A stretch of DNA of 64,000 bases. Source: an uncultured bacterium (GTDB lineage Bacteria; Zixibacteria; MSB-5A5; GN15; FEB-12). The stretch covers positions 9,472 through 73,471 of the forward strand of contig CBDVDR010000017.1 of assembly GCA_965372795.1 (NCBI GenBank), in the 5' to 3' direction. The notes beneath the pieces are model-generated. The model worked only from the letters and a program-made list of their open reading frames with translations. It searched no databases and was not told the DNA's origin. This document shows positions 1 through 9,968 of this stretch, in pieces; position 1 is the stretch's first letter; each line of letters begins with the position of its first letter. The position numbers and the translations under genes are program-made.

Positions 1-500
1 ATAAACATTCCGGCAAAAATAGCATTGGTCACAAATGTTTTAGTTCCATTAATTAACCAATGGTCACCTTTATCATCTGCGGTAGTTGCAATCGAGCCAA
101 CATCAGTCCCGGCATTTGGTTCGGTCACACAATAAGCGCCGAGCCTTTCACCGATTGCTAACTGAGGAAGGTATTTCTTCTTTTGGTCTTCAGTGCCAAA
201 AATTCGGAGAATCTCGCCGACTAATGATACTTCAACCGAAAGTAATACTGAGAAACCGGCGCAGGCTTTACTGAATTCTTCAATGACACCCATGAATGAA
301 ACCGAACTTAATCCCATACCGCCGTATTCTTCCGGAATACAAAATCCGAAATAACCTAACTCGGCGCATTCTTTTATAAGTTCTTTTGGCGTTTCACCTT
401 TTTCATCAAATTCAAGAGCGTACGGGAATAATCTTTTTTCCGCAAACTCTTTTGCCATTTCTTTAAATTCTAAAGCTTCTTCGGACAAATGAAAATCCAT
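1..500 (-). CDS. acyl-CoA dehydrogenase, N-terminal part (gene continues beyond left edge)
   Basis: Absent from the ORF track because it runs off the window. Reverse strand from ATG (498-500) reads MDFHLSEEALEFKEMAKEFAEKRLFPYALEFDEKGETPKELIKECAELGYFGFCIPEEYGG..., the usual ACAD N-terminal domain. It lies directly upstream of hbd and thiolase. Confidence 0.8.
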   Translation of the reverse strand, partial: MDFHLSEEALEFKEMAKEFAEKRLFPYALEFDEKGETPKELIKECAELGYFGFCIPEEYGGMGLSSVSFMGVIEEFSKACAGFSVLLSVEVSLVGEILRIFGTEDQKKKYLPQLAIGERLGAYCVTEPNAGTDVGSIATTADDKGDHWLINGTKTFVTNAIFAGMF

Positions 501-511
501 GAAATTCTCCT

Positions 512-1375
512 CTATGAATCATAAGTATAAAAGCCACGACCGGATTTTCGTCCCAGATATCCTGCCTGTACCATTTTCTTCAAAAGCGGACATGGACGGT
601 ATTTTGGATCACCCAAACCGTCATACATAACTTCTAAAATTGAAAGGCAAACGTCAAGTCCTATAAAGTCTGCCAATGCAAATGGTCCCATTGGATGAGC
701 CATTCCTAATTTCATAACAGAATCTATAGCCTCAACTGTTCCCACCCCTTCCATATGAGCAAAAATAGCTTCATTGATCATCGGAAGCAAAATACGATTT
801 GCAATAAATCCCGGGAAATCATTAACTTCAACCGGAATTTTTCCCAGTTTCTTGGCAAGTTCATCAATCAACTGGAATGTTTCATCAGATGTTGCCATTC
901 CGCGAATAAGTTCAATCAGCTTCATCATCGGAACCGGATTCATAAAATGCATACCAACAAATTTCTCAGGACGGCTGGTTGCAGAGGCTAATTGGGTAAT
1001 CGGAAGTGATGAAGTATTCGAAGCAAAAATTGTGTCAGCCGAACAAATCTTTTCAAGCTTAGCAAAAATATCAAGTTTTACACTCAATGTTTCTGTCACA
1101 GCTTCAATTACTAATTGAGAATCCTTGGCAACACCCATATCAGTTGTAACATTTATTAAACTCAGAGTTGCTTTTTTATCAGCTTCGGTGATTCTCTCTT
1201 TTTTAATTAAGCGATCCATGCTTTTTGTTAAATTTGCGATCGCTTTGTCTAAAAATTCCTGTTTAATATCTATAAGATTTACGGATATTCCTTTTTGGGC
1301 AAACACCTGAGCGATGCCATTTCCCATTGTGCCACAGCCAATAATTGTGACATTTTTGATATCATCAACGTTCAT
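512..1375 (-). CDS. hbd: 3-hydroxybutyryl-CoA (3-hydroxyacyl-CoA) dehydrogenase
   Basis: 287 aa. N-terminal Rossmann motif IIGCGTMGNGIA and 3HCDH core (ASNTSSLPIT, HFMNPVP, C-terminal GRKSGRGFY). ATG preceded by a GGGAGAG RBS. Confidence 0.9.
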   Translation of the reverse strand: MNVDDIKNVTIIGCGTMGNGIAQVFAQKGISVNLIDIKQEFLDKAIANLTKSMDRLIKKERITEADKKATLSLINVTTDMGVAKDSQLVIEAVTETLSVKLDIFAKLEKICSADTIFASNTSSLPITQLASATSRPEKFVGMHFMNPVPMMKLIELIRGMATSDETFQLIDELAKKLGKIPVEVNDFPGFIANRILLPMINEAIFAHMEGVGTVEAIDSVMKLGMAHPMGPFALADFIGLDVCLSILEVMYDGLGDPKYRPCPLLKKMVQAGYLGRKSGRGFYTYDS

Positions 1376-1395
1376 AATTTATCTCTCCCTTATAA

Positions 1396-2583
1396 TTAAC
1401 TTAATTCAATTGCTAATGCGACAGCGTTGCCGCCGCCAAGACATAAAGTTGCCAGACCGGTTTTCAATCCGCGATCTTTAAGAGCATAAATCAAGGTGGT
1501 CAGAATTCTTGTACCCGAGGCTCCAATTGGATGACCAAGCGCAACAGCTCCGCCATTGACGTTTACTTTATCCCAATCCCATCCGAGTCCTTTGCCATCG
1601 GCAAGAGCCTGAACAGAAAAAGCTTCATTAGCTTCAATAAGATCGAAATGATTGATATCAACATTCATTTTCTTCATCAGTTTTTCAACTGCAAAAATCG
1701 GTGAAAAGAAAAGTTCTTTCGGTGGCGTTCCAACAACCGCATATTCAATAATTTTAGCCAGCGGTTTCAAACCTTTTTCATTCAAATATTTTTCTGAAAC
1801 AACAACTGTGGCAGAACTTCCATCGTTTAATCCCGGAGCATTACCGGCGGTGACGGTACCGTCTTTAACAAATGCCGGACGAAGTTTAGCCAGTTTTTCT
1901 GCTGATAGTCCTGGTCTCGGACATTCATCTTTATTAAAAATGATCGGGTCTTTTTTTCTTTGAGGAACTTCAATGGCGAAGATCTCTTCATCAAATTTTC
2001 CAGCTTCAGCCGCAGCAACAGCTTTTTTATGTGAGTTAGCAGCAAATTCATCCTGCTCTTCGCGGGTTATACCGGATTTTTCCTGAGTATATTCAGCAGC
2101 ATTTCCCATATGGAAATTGTTAAAACTACACCAAAGCCCATCAGAGACCATTATATCGTCCATTTTCTGATGTCCGAATCTTACACCAGTCTTTGCGCCA
2201 CGAAGGATTAATGGAGTTTGTGACATAGATTCCATACCACCGGCAATAATAACGTCCTGATCTCCGGCACGAATAGATTGAGCCGCCAACATCACAGTTT
2301 TTAGCCCGGAACCGCAAACTTTATTAATTGTCATCGCCGCAGCAGTATCTGGAACTCCCCCATGAATCGCTGCCTGACGAGCCGGAGCCTGTCCTGCACC
2401 GCCCTGAACTACATGTCCCATAATAACTTCTTCGATATCAGCAACGTCAATCCCGGATCGGGAGATTGCTTCTTTGATTGCAAAAGCGCCTAATTGTGGT
2501 GCCGTAAACTTGCCCAATCCTCCATGCAATGTACCAATCGCACTGCGACAAGCAGATACTATATAAGCATTGTTTTCAGCCAT
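1396..2583 (-). CDS. acetyl-CoA C-acetyltransferase (thiolase II)
   Basis: 395 aa. Thiolase signatures: acyl-enzyme Cys in INKVCGSGLK, NGGAVALGHPIGASG, and C-terminal CLGGGNAVA. Confidence 0.9.
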   Translation of the reverse strand: MAENNAYIVSACRSAIGTLHGGLGKFTAPQLGAFAIKEAISRSGIDVADIEEVIMGHVVQGGAGQAPARQAAIHGGVPDTAAAMTINKVCGSGLKTVMLAAQSIRAGDQDVIIAGGMESMSQTPLILRGAKTGVRFGHQKMDDIMVSDGLWCSFNNFHMGNAAEYTQEKSGITREEQDEFAANSHKKAVAAAEAGKFDEEIFAIEVPQRKKDPIIFNKDECPRPGLSAEKLAKLRPAFVKDGTVTAGNAPGLNDGSSATVVVSEKYLNEKGLKPLAKIIEYAVVGTPPKELFFSPIFAVEKLMKKMNVDINHFDLIEANEAFSVQALADGKGLGWDWDKVNVNGGAVALGHPIGASGTRILTTLIYALKDRGLKTGLATLCLGGGNAVALAIELS

Positions 2584-2663
2584 TATGAATCCCTTTATAT
2601 ATGTTATATTTAAGTTCTAAATCCAATTAGTTACTTATATACCATATAGTCACATCCAAATCA

Positions 2664-2679
2664 AGTGAACAATTTCACA
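2664..2679. promoter_or_regulatory. CRP/FNR-type palindrome AGTGA-N6-TCACA in a divergent promoter region
   Basis: Sequence agtga acaatt tcaca matches the TGTGA-N6-TCACA consensus with one mismatch. About 85 nt upstream of the thiolase ATG and about 130 nt upstream of the OMP gene. Confidence 0.3.
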
Positions 2680-2806
2680 AAATGAAGATGAATACAGTGT
2701 ACAATCATAATTTGATGAATATTTAATTTTCATTAAGTGGTAAAGTTTCTAAATGAAACAGTCGATTTAAAAGGTATCACTTATTTAATTTAAGAAAGGA
2801 TAAATA

Positions 2807-3394
2807 ATGAAAAGATTATTACTCACTCTTAGCCTTGTAATGGTTTTTGCCATTGCTGGTTCTGCACAGGTTCCTCAACCATTTAGTTTTTACGGTGGCG
2901 GAGCAATAACTATTCCGGCATCTCCGGATGGTTTTGATGCTTTATACAAAACCGGTTGGCATGGTATGGCTGGCGTTGGCTACAAAATGGCTCCTAAAAT
3001 GCAAGTCGTTGGTAAATTTGAATATCATAACTTTGCTACCGATTTTGAAGGTCTTTCAATTGACGGTGGAAATAACAAATATGCCATGTTTGGTGCTGAC
3101 GCAAGATTCAGCCCAAGTGTACCGGCATTACCGTTTAAACCTTTTGTGTTTGGCGGCATGGGATTAGCCCATATCACTTATGATGATTTTACCGGAACTG
3201 ACCTGATGACCAGCGTTTTAAATGCTGCAATTCCTGATGCTCAGAATAAAGTATATTATAACTTCGGCGCCGGCTTTGATATCACTGCCGGACCAGCCTG
3301 GAGTTTGTTTGTACAAGGACGTTACGTCTCAATCGCCACGGAAGGTGCTTCGACTGCATTTATACCTTTTACACTCGGTGTTAAGTTTTTCTAA
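2807..3394 (+). CDS. small outer-membrane beta-barrel protein (OmpA-barrel/OmpW-like class)
   Basis: 195 aa. Signal peptide MKRLLLTLSLVMVFAIAGSA/QV, alternating amphipathic strands, Gly/aromatic-rich, C-terminal ...TLGVKFF. RBS AAAGGA. Confidence 0.65.
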   Translation: MKRLLLTLSLVMVFAIAGSAQVPQPFSFYGGGAITIPASPDGFDALYKTGWHGMAGVGYKMAPKMQVVGKFEYHNFATDFEGLSIDGGNNKYAMFGADARFSPSVPALPFKPFVFGGMGLAHITYDDFTGTDLMTSVLNAAIPDAQNKVYYNFGAGFDITAGPAWSLFVQGRYVSIATEGASTAFIPFTLGVKFF

Positions 3395-3417
3395 AATAAC
3401 GCAGTCGACCTATAAAA

Positions 3418-3447
3418 CCGGAGTGGTTTATCTACTCCGGTTTTTTT
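3418..3447 (+). terminator. rho-independent terminator
   Basis: Hairpin ccggagtggtttatctactccgg followed by a T7 run, 24 nt after the stop at 3394. Confidence 0.8.
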
Positions 3448-3531
3448 ATTGCTTGTTTTTTCTCTCCACATTTTACTTATTAGACATAAGTATCAATTAT
3501 TCGTAAATACTCCAATAGGTAAGGATTGAAA

Positions 3532-4146
3532 ATGAAGAAATTTGTTCTCGTATTAGCAATTCTAATTCTGGGTTCTTCAATTGCAGCTCAGGTTCCAAAA
3601 CCGTTCAACCTCTATGCCGGTGGAGGCTTTACAAAACCATCCAAAATTGATATCTCAACTATTGAGATTTCCCAATTTGATGTTTTTGATGACCAATGGA
3701 AGTCTGGTATTAATGGATTTGTGGGAGTCGGTTTTAAAATGATGCCTATGCTGGAAATAATAGGTAAAATTGAATACCATCGCATGAAATTTGATTGGGA
3801 TAGAACCGGATTCTCAAACCTTGCCAGTGGTATAAATTATCAGGTTTTAGCCTTTGGGGTTGAAGGTAAAGTCGCCATGGGCGCACCGGCAAGTCCAATT
3901 ACTCCCTATCTGTTTGGTGGCGGAGGAATCGCAGCTGTAACTTTCTCAACCCTTGATTTAGGAGGATTGAATATTTTTATCCCTCCACCGGGTAACATCA
4001 CCAAACCATACTACAATATTGGGGCTGGTGTAGAGCTTAACTTAATACCAATATTTAAAGTTTTCGTACAATTTCAGACCATGAGAATTGCGACCAAAGA
4101 CGAAACGACAAGTTTGATACCGTTTACAATCGGACTAAAATTTTAA
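3532..4146 (+). CDS. small outer-membrane beta-barrel protein, paralog of 2807-3394
   Basis: The track ORF starts at TTG 3526. ATG at 3532 has an AAGGA RBS 6 nt upstream. Signal peptide, the same QVP(Q/K)PF..YGGG N-terminus and the same ...IPFT(L/I)G(V/L)KF C-terminus as the upstream gene. Confidence 0.65.
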   Translation: MKKFVLVLAILILGSSIAAQVPKPFNLYAGGGFTKPSKIDISTIEISQFDVFDDQWKSGINGFVGVGFKMMPMLEIIGKIEYHRMKFDWDRTGFSNLASGINYQVLAFGVEGKVAMGAPASPITPYLFGGGGIAAVTFSTLDLGGLNIFIPPPGNITKPYYNIGAGVELNLIPIFKVFVQFQTMRIATKDETTSLIPFTIGLKF

Positions 4147-4164
4147 GAAATTATATTAATTAAT

Positions 4165-4203
4165 AAAAAAGGCATCGAATTTCATATTCGATGCCTTTTT
4201 TTA
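4165..4203. terminator. bidirectional terminator between convergent genes
   Basis: aaaaaaGGCATCGAATttcatATTCGATGCCttttttt: an 11-bp stem flanked by an A-run and a T-run. It overlaps the stop of the minus-strand HAD gene. Confidence 0.8.
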
Positions 4204-4887
4204 TTTGCAAACTGATGTTATAAGTTCATCCAAATTATTAATTTCAAAGTCTGCAATAATTTTAGAATTATTTTTAATTTGTTTAGGATTAAACCAGCAG
4301 GTGTCAATACCATAGTCTTTACCACCTTTTATATCAGAGGTTAAACTATCACCGACAATCAACACTTCATCTTTAGAGGGAAACTCCATTCTTTCAAAAC
4401 ATATATCAAATATTTTCTTATCAGGCTTTACCGCATCAACTTCATTTGAAATCACATAGTCTTGAAAGTAATGACCTATATCAGAATTATCAAATTTTCT
4501 TCGTTGCACTAATTTATTGCCATTGGTAATAATCATTAAACTGTAATTTTGTGAAAGAATTGATATAGTTACCTTAGCATTATCAATTAATTTTGCTTCT
4601 AAAGTTAAAAGTTCAAGATAAGTTTTACTGAATTCGGAAGGATTGCATTTAAATCCAAAATGATCTATTAAAATTTCAAATCGCTTGATGCTTAATAAAC
4701 TAACATTAAGTTCTTTGTTCTCAATATAACTCCAAAGCTGGTCATTGATTTCTTCAAACTTACTATGATGTTCTTCGCCAAATTCTAATCCAAATCTATC
4801 AAATAACTTTCTTAGCGAGGTCAACGAGGCATGTTCATAGTCGAAAAGAGTGCCGTCAGCATCAAACAACAACCATTTATATTTCAA
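4201..4887 (-). CDS. HAD-superfamily hydrolase (YjjG-like nucleotidase type)
   Basis: 228 aa. HAD motif I LLFDADGTLFDY at the N-terminus, motif II ITNG, motif IV VGDSLTSDIKGG. The start codon is TTG. Confidence 0.75.
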   Translation of the reverse strand: MKYKWLLFDADGTLFDYEHASLTSLRKLFDRFGLEFGEEHHSKFEEINDQLWSYIENKELNVSLLSIKRFEILIDHFGFKCNPSEFSKTYLELLTLEAKLIDNAKVTISILSQNYSLMIITNGNKLVQRRKFDNSDIGHYFQDYVISNEVDAVKPDKKIFDICFERMEFPSKDEVLIVGDSLTSDIKGGKDYGIDTCWFNPKQIKNNSKIIADFEINNLDELITSVCK

Positions 4888-4895
4888 ATCCCACC

Positions 4896-5396
4896 CTATT
4901 CCTCGTCAAGCTCCAACTCAATTATCGGAGTCTCGGTATCAACCTGATCGCCGGCTGAAAAATTAACCGCTTTAACTTTTCCCTTAGCTTTGCACATCAC
5001 CACGTTTTCCATCTTCATCGCTTCCACAATCACCATCTGTTGTTTCGGCTCTACCGCCTGTCCGACTTCAACCATGACCTTAACAATTTTCCCGGGCATC
5101 GGAGCGAAAATTTTATCCTTCTCACCCCCGTGATCCCCGGCTCCTCCGGCAAACCCGTCTTCTGATGGATCTTTCACTTCAAACTGAAGCGAATCAAAAT
5201 CAATATAATAAGTGCCATTATTTTTTATCACAGCAACAGAGGATTTTCGACCATTAATCAAACATGAATAAAGATTGTCGGCAACCTTAATAAAGTTGAA
5301 TTCTTTTTCACCCGAACGAACTTTGACACTTCCTTTTTCTACTTCAACCGAGGCTTCAATATTTTCACCTTCGAAAATAAAATCAAAGTTATTCAT
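4896..5396 (-). CDS. biotin carboxyl carrier (biotinyl) subunit of an acyl-CoA carboxylase (C-terminal part of MCC-alpha type)
   Basis: Biotinylation motif VEAMKMEN near the C-terminus. The track ORF (to 5552) overlaps the upstream gene by 164 nt. MNNFDF... at ATG 5394-5396 overlaps the upstream stop (ATGAATAA), so the shorter start is preferred. Confidence 0.75.
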   Translation of the reverse strand: MNNFDFIFEGENIEASVEVEKGSVKVRSGEKEFNFIKVADNLYSCLINGRKSSVAVIKNNGTYYIDFDSLQFEVKDPSEDGFAGGAGDHGGEKDKIFAPMPGKIVKVMVEVGQAVEPKQQMVIVEAMKMENVVMCKAKGKVKAVNFSAGDQVDTETPIIELELDEE

Positions 5397-6909
5397 GGAT
5401 GGATGCTCCGATCTGCCAACTCCCGAGAATATCCCATGGTGAAGCAAGCGTTTCCTGTTGTCCGTTATTTCTATTTCCATTTGAGTTAGAAGCTCCAACC
5501 GTTCCCAACGCTGCCACCGAGGCGGCAAGCTCTTTATAATCGAGCATATCAATTTGACGGTCGCTCATATTTTTTTCTATAAAATTAGTAAAGGTTTTAC
5601 CTGAGATAAAATCTTTATGACTCATTACATCAATCATAAATCGCTTGGAGGTTCTCACACCCAAAATTTTATAATTATTCAAAGCATCAATCATTTTCTG
5701 AATCGCTGCTTTCCTGTCAGAAGCGTGCACAATCAGTTTTGCCATTATCGGATCATAATCAATCGTCACTTCTACCCCGCCGACAACACCCGAGTCAACT
5801 CTGATTCCCGGACCTGATGGTTCGGAGTACAAAAGGATTTCACCGATAGACGGCATAAAATTATTCTCGCCATCCTCGGCATAAATACGACATTCAATCG
5901 CATGGCCTCTTTGAGTAAGATTCATATAACTATCATCAAGTTTCTCTCCGGCAGCAATACGAATTTGTTCCACTACCAGATCAACCCCAACGACCATCTC
6001 GGTAATCGGATGTTCCACTTGAATCCGTGTATTCATTTCCAGAAAATAATAATGTCCGGTTTCATCAAGCAAAAACTCTACTGTACCGGCATTAGTATAG
6101 TTTGCAGTTTGTGCAACCTTGACCGCATCCTTACCCATCTTGTCCCGAAGCTTATCATTAAGGGCAACCGATGGCGTCTCTTCGATAATTTTCTGATGTC
6201 GGCGTTGAATTGAACATTCCCGTTCAAAAAGATGCACCGTATTTCCATGACTGTCAGCAATCACCTGAAATTCTATATGACGGGGATTTACAATATATTT
6301 TTCAAGATAAACCGTATCATCACTAAAAGCATTCATCGCTTCCCGTTGAGCTGCCTCAATTGCGCCGACTAATTCCTCAGGCTTATTAACGACCCGCATC
6401 CCTTTACCACCGCCACCGGCGGCAGCTTTGATAATTACCGGATAACCGGCTTTGGTCGCAGCTTCTTCAAACTCTTTTATATCATTGCTGGAGCTTTTCA
6501 TTCCGGGAATCAAAGGAATTTTTGCATCCGCCATTTTAATCCGCGACTCGACTTTATTGCCAAGCAACTTGATAGCCTCAGGTGTTGGACCGATAAATGT
6601 GATCCCTTCATCGATACATCTTTGACCAAACTCGGGATTCTCTGCTAAAAATCCGTACCCCGGATGAATTGCATCACACCTGTTATTTTTGGCTGCTGTA
6701 ATAATTTTATCAATATCCAGATACGATTCTCTTGGCGGAGGAGGTCCGATATTGACCGACTCATCCGCAAAATGTCTATGCTTGCTGTTTTCATCTGCAT
6801 CGGAATACACTGCCACCGAAGGAATTCCTAAAACCCGACAGGCGTTCATCACCCGCACCGCGATTTCCGAACGGTTAGCAATCAGAATTTTATTAAAGAG
6901 TTTTTTCAT
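5389..6909 (-). CDS. biotin carboxylase subunit (acetyl/propionyl/methylcrotonyl-CoA carboxylase alpha, BC domain)
   Basis: 506 aa. ILIANRSEIAVRV N-terminus, ATP-grasp glycine loop KAAAGGGGKGMRVV, EMNTRIQVEHPITE. Confidence 0.9.
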   Translation of the reverse strand: MKKLFNKILIANRSEIAVRVMNACRVLGIPSVAVYSDADENSKHRHFADESVNIGPPPPRESYLDIDKIITAAKNNRCDAIHPGYGFLAENPEFGQRCIDEGITFIGPTPEAIKLLGNKVESRIKMADAKIPLIPGMKSSSNDIKEFEEAATKAGYPVIIKAAAGGGGKGMRVVNKPEELVGAIEAAQREAMNAFSDDTVYLEKYIVNPRHIEFQVIADSHGNTVHLFERECSIQRRHQKIIEETPSVALNDKLRDKMGKDAVKVAQTANYTNAGTVEFLLDETGHYYFLEMNTRIQVEHPITEMVVGVDLVVEQIRIAAGEKLDDSYMNLTQRGHAIECRIYAEDGENNFMPSIGEILLYSEPSGPGIRVDSGVVGGVEVTIDYDPIMAKLIVHASDRKAAIQKMIDALNNYKILGVRTSKRFMIDVMSHKDFISGKTFTNFIEKNMSDRQIDMLDYKELAASVAALGTVGASNSNGNRNNGQQETLASPWDILGSWQIGASIHE

Positions 6910-6916
6910 AGTTGAA

Positions 6917-7702
6917 TTATTCTATTACCCATTTTGGTTTTCGTTTATTTAAAAAGGCGTCCATCCCCTCCTGACCTTCATCGGAGATGCGCAGTTTTGC
7001 TATCATTTCTGCCGTGTATGGTTTAAACTGATCCGGTGACATAGCCGGAACTTCACTGACAAGTTTTTTCGCCATCGTTATTGCTTCAGGACCGGATGAA
7101 AGAATCATCTTCACCAACGAATCAACCTCGGCATCAAGCTCGACATCGTCAACAACCTTGTTAACCAATCCGACTTTGTATGCCCGCTTGGCATTCATTC
7201 GTTCTCCGGTTATAAAAAGCTCTCTTGCTTTACCTTCGCCCATTTTCTTAATCACATACGGTCCGATACAAGCCGGCACTACCCCGATCTTGACCTCTGA
7301 AAAAGAAAACTTCGCCGACTCGGCCGCAATTGCAATATCACAAACCGCAACAAATCCGGTTCCCCCGCCAATCGCCGCACCATTAATCCGACCTATCACA
7401 GGACGCGGGAAGGAATACACTTTGTAAAACAGTTCCGCTAATTTATTTGATTCATCCAGATTTTGCTCATAAGATTGATCGACAACCGAACGCATCCAAT
7501 TCAAATCAGCTCCGGCGCAAAATGATTTCCCTTGACCGCTCAACACTATAACTCGAAGGTCATCATCTTTTAACAGTTCGTCAAAAAGATGTGACATCTC
7601 CTCAATTACTGTTGAGTTGAAAGCGTTATGAATTTCCGGACGAGCAAAATTTATCCGTCCGACATTCCCGGTTTTTCTGTATTCAATAGTCGTATATTTC
7701 AT
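6917..7702 (-). CDS. enoyl-CoA hydratase/crotonase family (methylglutaconyl-CoA hydratase by context)
   Basis: 261 aa. Crotonase oxyanion motifs GKSFCAGADL and INGAAIGGG. Located between the carboxylase subunits. Confidence 0.8.
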   Translation of the reverse strand: MKYTTIEYRKTGNVGRINFARPEIHNAFNSTVIEEMSHLFDELLKDDDLRVIVLSGQGKSFCAGADLNWMRSVVDQSYEQNLDESNKLAELFYKVYSFPRPVIGRINGAAIGGGTGFVAVCDIAIAAESAKFSFSEVKIGVVPACIGPYVIKKMGEGKARELFITGERMNAKRAYKVGLVNKVVDDVELDAEVDSLVKMILSSGPEAITMAKKLVSEVPAMSPDQFKPYTAEMIAKLRISDEGQEGMDAFLNKRKPKWVIE

Positions 7703-8353
7703 TTAGATATCCAATTTTTCTTTAACTGCATTTTTAAAGTTATAAAATAATATTTTTTTATCCTTCCTACATGCAGGATGGAAATAACTAAAGACATGTC
7801 TTTCTCCATCCAATAAATATGATATACCATTATTTATATTAATCCATTTTGGTTTGCCATCAAATAAAATCTCAGAGTAAAAATTACCTGTCCCTCCACA
7901 GACAATAATATTGGGATTATATATGTTGATTTGTTCAATTAATTTCTCTTTATGAATCTTACATGAATCTAAAATTTCAGAATCAATCGCTGTACCACTA
8001 CCAGAAATCTTTTTTAAATTCATGATAGATATTTTCTTCAAATAAAAAGCTCTATCTTCTTGATTCAATAAATCTAAAACATCCCAATTCACTTGGTTAT
8101 CGAGAATCGAAGCACTCCAACGTACAACATTATTCCATGTATAACCATTCTTGATAGCACCTTGATTTAAAAATTCTTTAAAACTAACTATTTTATCGTT
8201 ATAATCATTAGGTTCTTTCAATACAAAAACTATCTTAATATTTGCATTTTCGTATCCGTCAAAATCAACTATTCCATCTCTTACAAATCCTCTTATACCA
8301 TTCCCCCACTTCTCAAACAGCTTATCTTCTTCTTCTTTCATTGAACTCTTCAT
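7703..8353 (-). CDS. hypothetical protein, AT-rich insert in the carboxylase operon (possible UDG-superfamily-like fold)
   Basis: 216 aa. Stop abuts the downstream ATG (TAAATG); 5 nt from the upstream stop. The motif order VFVLKEPN ... MNLKKISGSG ... PNIIVCGGTG ... SYFHPACR resembles the order of motifs in uracil-DNA-glycosylase-like folds (weak, by eye). Confidence 0.5.
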   Translation of the reverse strand: MKSSMKEEEDKLFEKWGNGIRGFVRDGIVDFDGYENANIKIVFVLKEPNDYNDKIVSFKEFLNQGAIKNGYTWNNVVRWSASILDNQVNWDVLDLLNQEDRAFYLKKISIMNLKKISGSGTAIDSEILDSCKIHKEKLIEQINIYNPNIIVCGGTGNFYSEILFDGKPKWININNGISYLLDGERHVFSYFHPACRKDKKILFYNFKNAVKEKLDI

Positions 8354-8358
8354 AAGTC

Positions 8359-9966
8359 CTACATTCTGAATACACCGTATTTCTGATCTGGTATCTCTGC
8401 ATTCAATGACATCGAAATCCCCAACGCCAACGCCTGACGAGTATCGGTCATCCCGATCAAACCATCATCCCAAATTCTCGCACCGCTAAAATAAGGAGTC
8501 GATTCACTTTCATATTTATCTATAATCGGCTGTCGAATAGCATTGATTTCTTCGGAAGTAAGTTTTTTACCTTCGGCTTCAAGCTGATTAATTTTTACCG
8601 TTGCCAGAACATCAGCCGCCTGTTCGCCGCCCATAACACAAATTTTTGAATTGGGCCACATCCACATCATCCGGGGAAAATATCCGCGTCCGCACATAGC
8701 ATAGTTACCGGCTCCATAAGATCCACCAACGACAACTGTAAATTTAGGTACATCAGCATTCGCAACCGCATGAACCATCTTGGCACCATCACGGGCAATA
8801 CCGCCGGCTTCGTATTGTCGGCCGACCATAAAGCCTGAAATGTTCTGCAAAAATATCAATGGAATTTTTCTTTCGGTGCAAAGCTCGATAAAATGAGCAC
8901 CCTTCACCGATGACTCTGCAAACAGAACCCCGTTGTTACCGATGATCCCCACCGGGTAACCCATAATTCTGGCAAAGCCGGTTACAAGAGTCGTGCCATA
9001 TAACTCTTTAAATTCATGAAAACGGGACCCATCAACAATTCGGGCAATCACTTCTTTAACATCAAACGGTTTCCGAAGATCATTTGAGACGACGCCGTAT
9101 AATTCTTCAGCCTCATAATATGGCTCTTCAATTTCTTTAATATCCATCGGAGTCTTATTGGTACGATTCAAATTCTCGACTACGTTACGACAAATTTGAA
9201 TCGAATGTTCATCATTTTGAGCATAATGATCGGACACCCCTGAAGTTCGACAGTGCACATCCGCCCCGCCTAATTCTTCCGGTGTGACTTCTTCCCCGGT
9301 AGCAGCTTTGACAAGCGGAGGACCGCCAATAAAAATAGTACCCTGTTTACGAACAATAATTGTTTCATCCGACATTGCCGGAAGATACGCACCGCCGGCA
9401 GTACAGGATCCCATCACAACTGAAATTTGAGGAATATTTTTCGCCGACATTCTTGCCATGTTATAAAAAATACGCCCGAAATGATCTTTGTCCGGAAAAG
9501 TACCCGATTGCAGAGGTAAAAATATACCGCCTGAATCTACCAGTGAAACACAAGGCAGATGATTCGTCTCGGCAATTTCCTGGGCGCGGGCATGTTTCAA
9601 AATTGTCATCGGGTAATAAGTTCCGCCCTTGACCGTCGCATCATTGACAATCACCATGACTTCTTTTCCGTGCACTCTGCCGATTCCGGTAATCAATCCT
9701 GCCGCAGGTGCGTGATTGTCATACATATCAAAAGCGGCAAGTGGACTTAGTTCCAAAAAAGGACTATTGCGGTCAAGCAGTTTTGCCAGCCGTTCACGCG
9801 GAAGAAGTTTCCCCCGGTCGATATGACGTTTTCGGGAACGCTCGGGTCCGCCTTGTTTTACTTTGTCGAGTCGTTCTTTAAATTCAAGATGCTGGGCTTT
9901 GTTAGCCTCAAAATTGTCTTTGTACTGTACAGATTTTAAATCAACCTTAGTTTCAAGTCGGAACAT
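8359..9966 (-). CDS. methylcrotonyl-CoA carboxylase beta / acyl-CoA carboxyltransferase subunit
   Basis: 535 aa. Carboxyltransferase N- and C-domain pattern ([49 protein letters not shown]). Confidence 0.9.
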   Translation of the reverse strand: MFRLETKVDLKSVQYKDNFEANKAQHLEFKERLDKVKQGGPERSRKRHIDRGKLLPRERLAKLLDRNSPFLELSPLAAFDMYDNHAPAAGLITGIGRVHGKEVMVIVNDATVKGGTYYPMTILKHARAQEIAETNHLPCVSLVDSGGIFLPLQSGTFPDKDHFGRIFYNMARMSAKNIPQISVVMGSCTAGGAYLPAMSDETIIVRKQGTIFIGGPPLVKAATGEEVTPEELGGADVHCRTSGVSDHYAQNDEHSIQICRNVVENLNRTNKTPMDIKEIEEPYYEAEELYGVVSNDLRKPFDVKEVIARIVDGSRFHEFKELYGTTLVTGFARIMGYPVGIIGNNGVLFAESSVKGAHFIELCTERKIPLIFLQNISGFMVGRQYEAGGIARDGAKMVHAVANADVPKFTVVVGGSYGAGNYAMCGRGYFPRMMWMWPNSKICVMGGEQAADVLATVKINQLEAEGKKLTSEEINAIRQPIIDKYESESTPYFSGARIWDDGLIGMTDTRQALALGISMSLNAEIPDQKYGVFRM

Positions 9967-9968
9967 AT

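Noticed and set aside
5397-5552. N-terminal 52-codon extension of the BCCP ORF overlapping the biotin carboxylase gene.
   Set aside because: The extension has no similarity to carboxylase sequences and overlaps a conserved coding region in another frame. The ATG at 5396, embedded in the upstream stop, gives a sensible coupled start. The frameshift possibility is kept as a low-interest finding.
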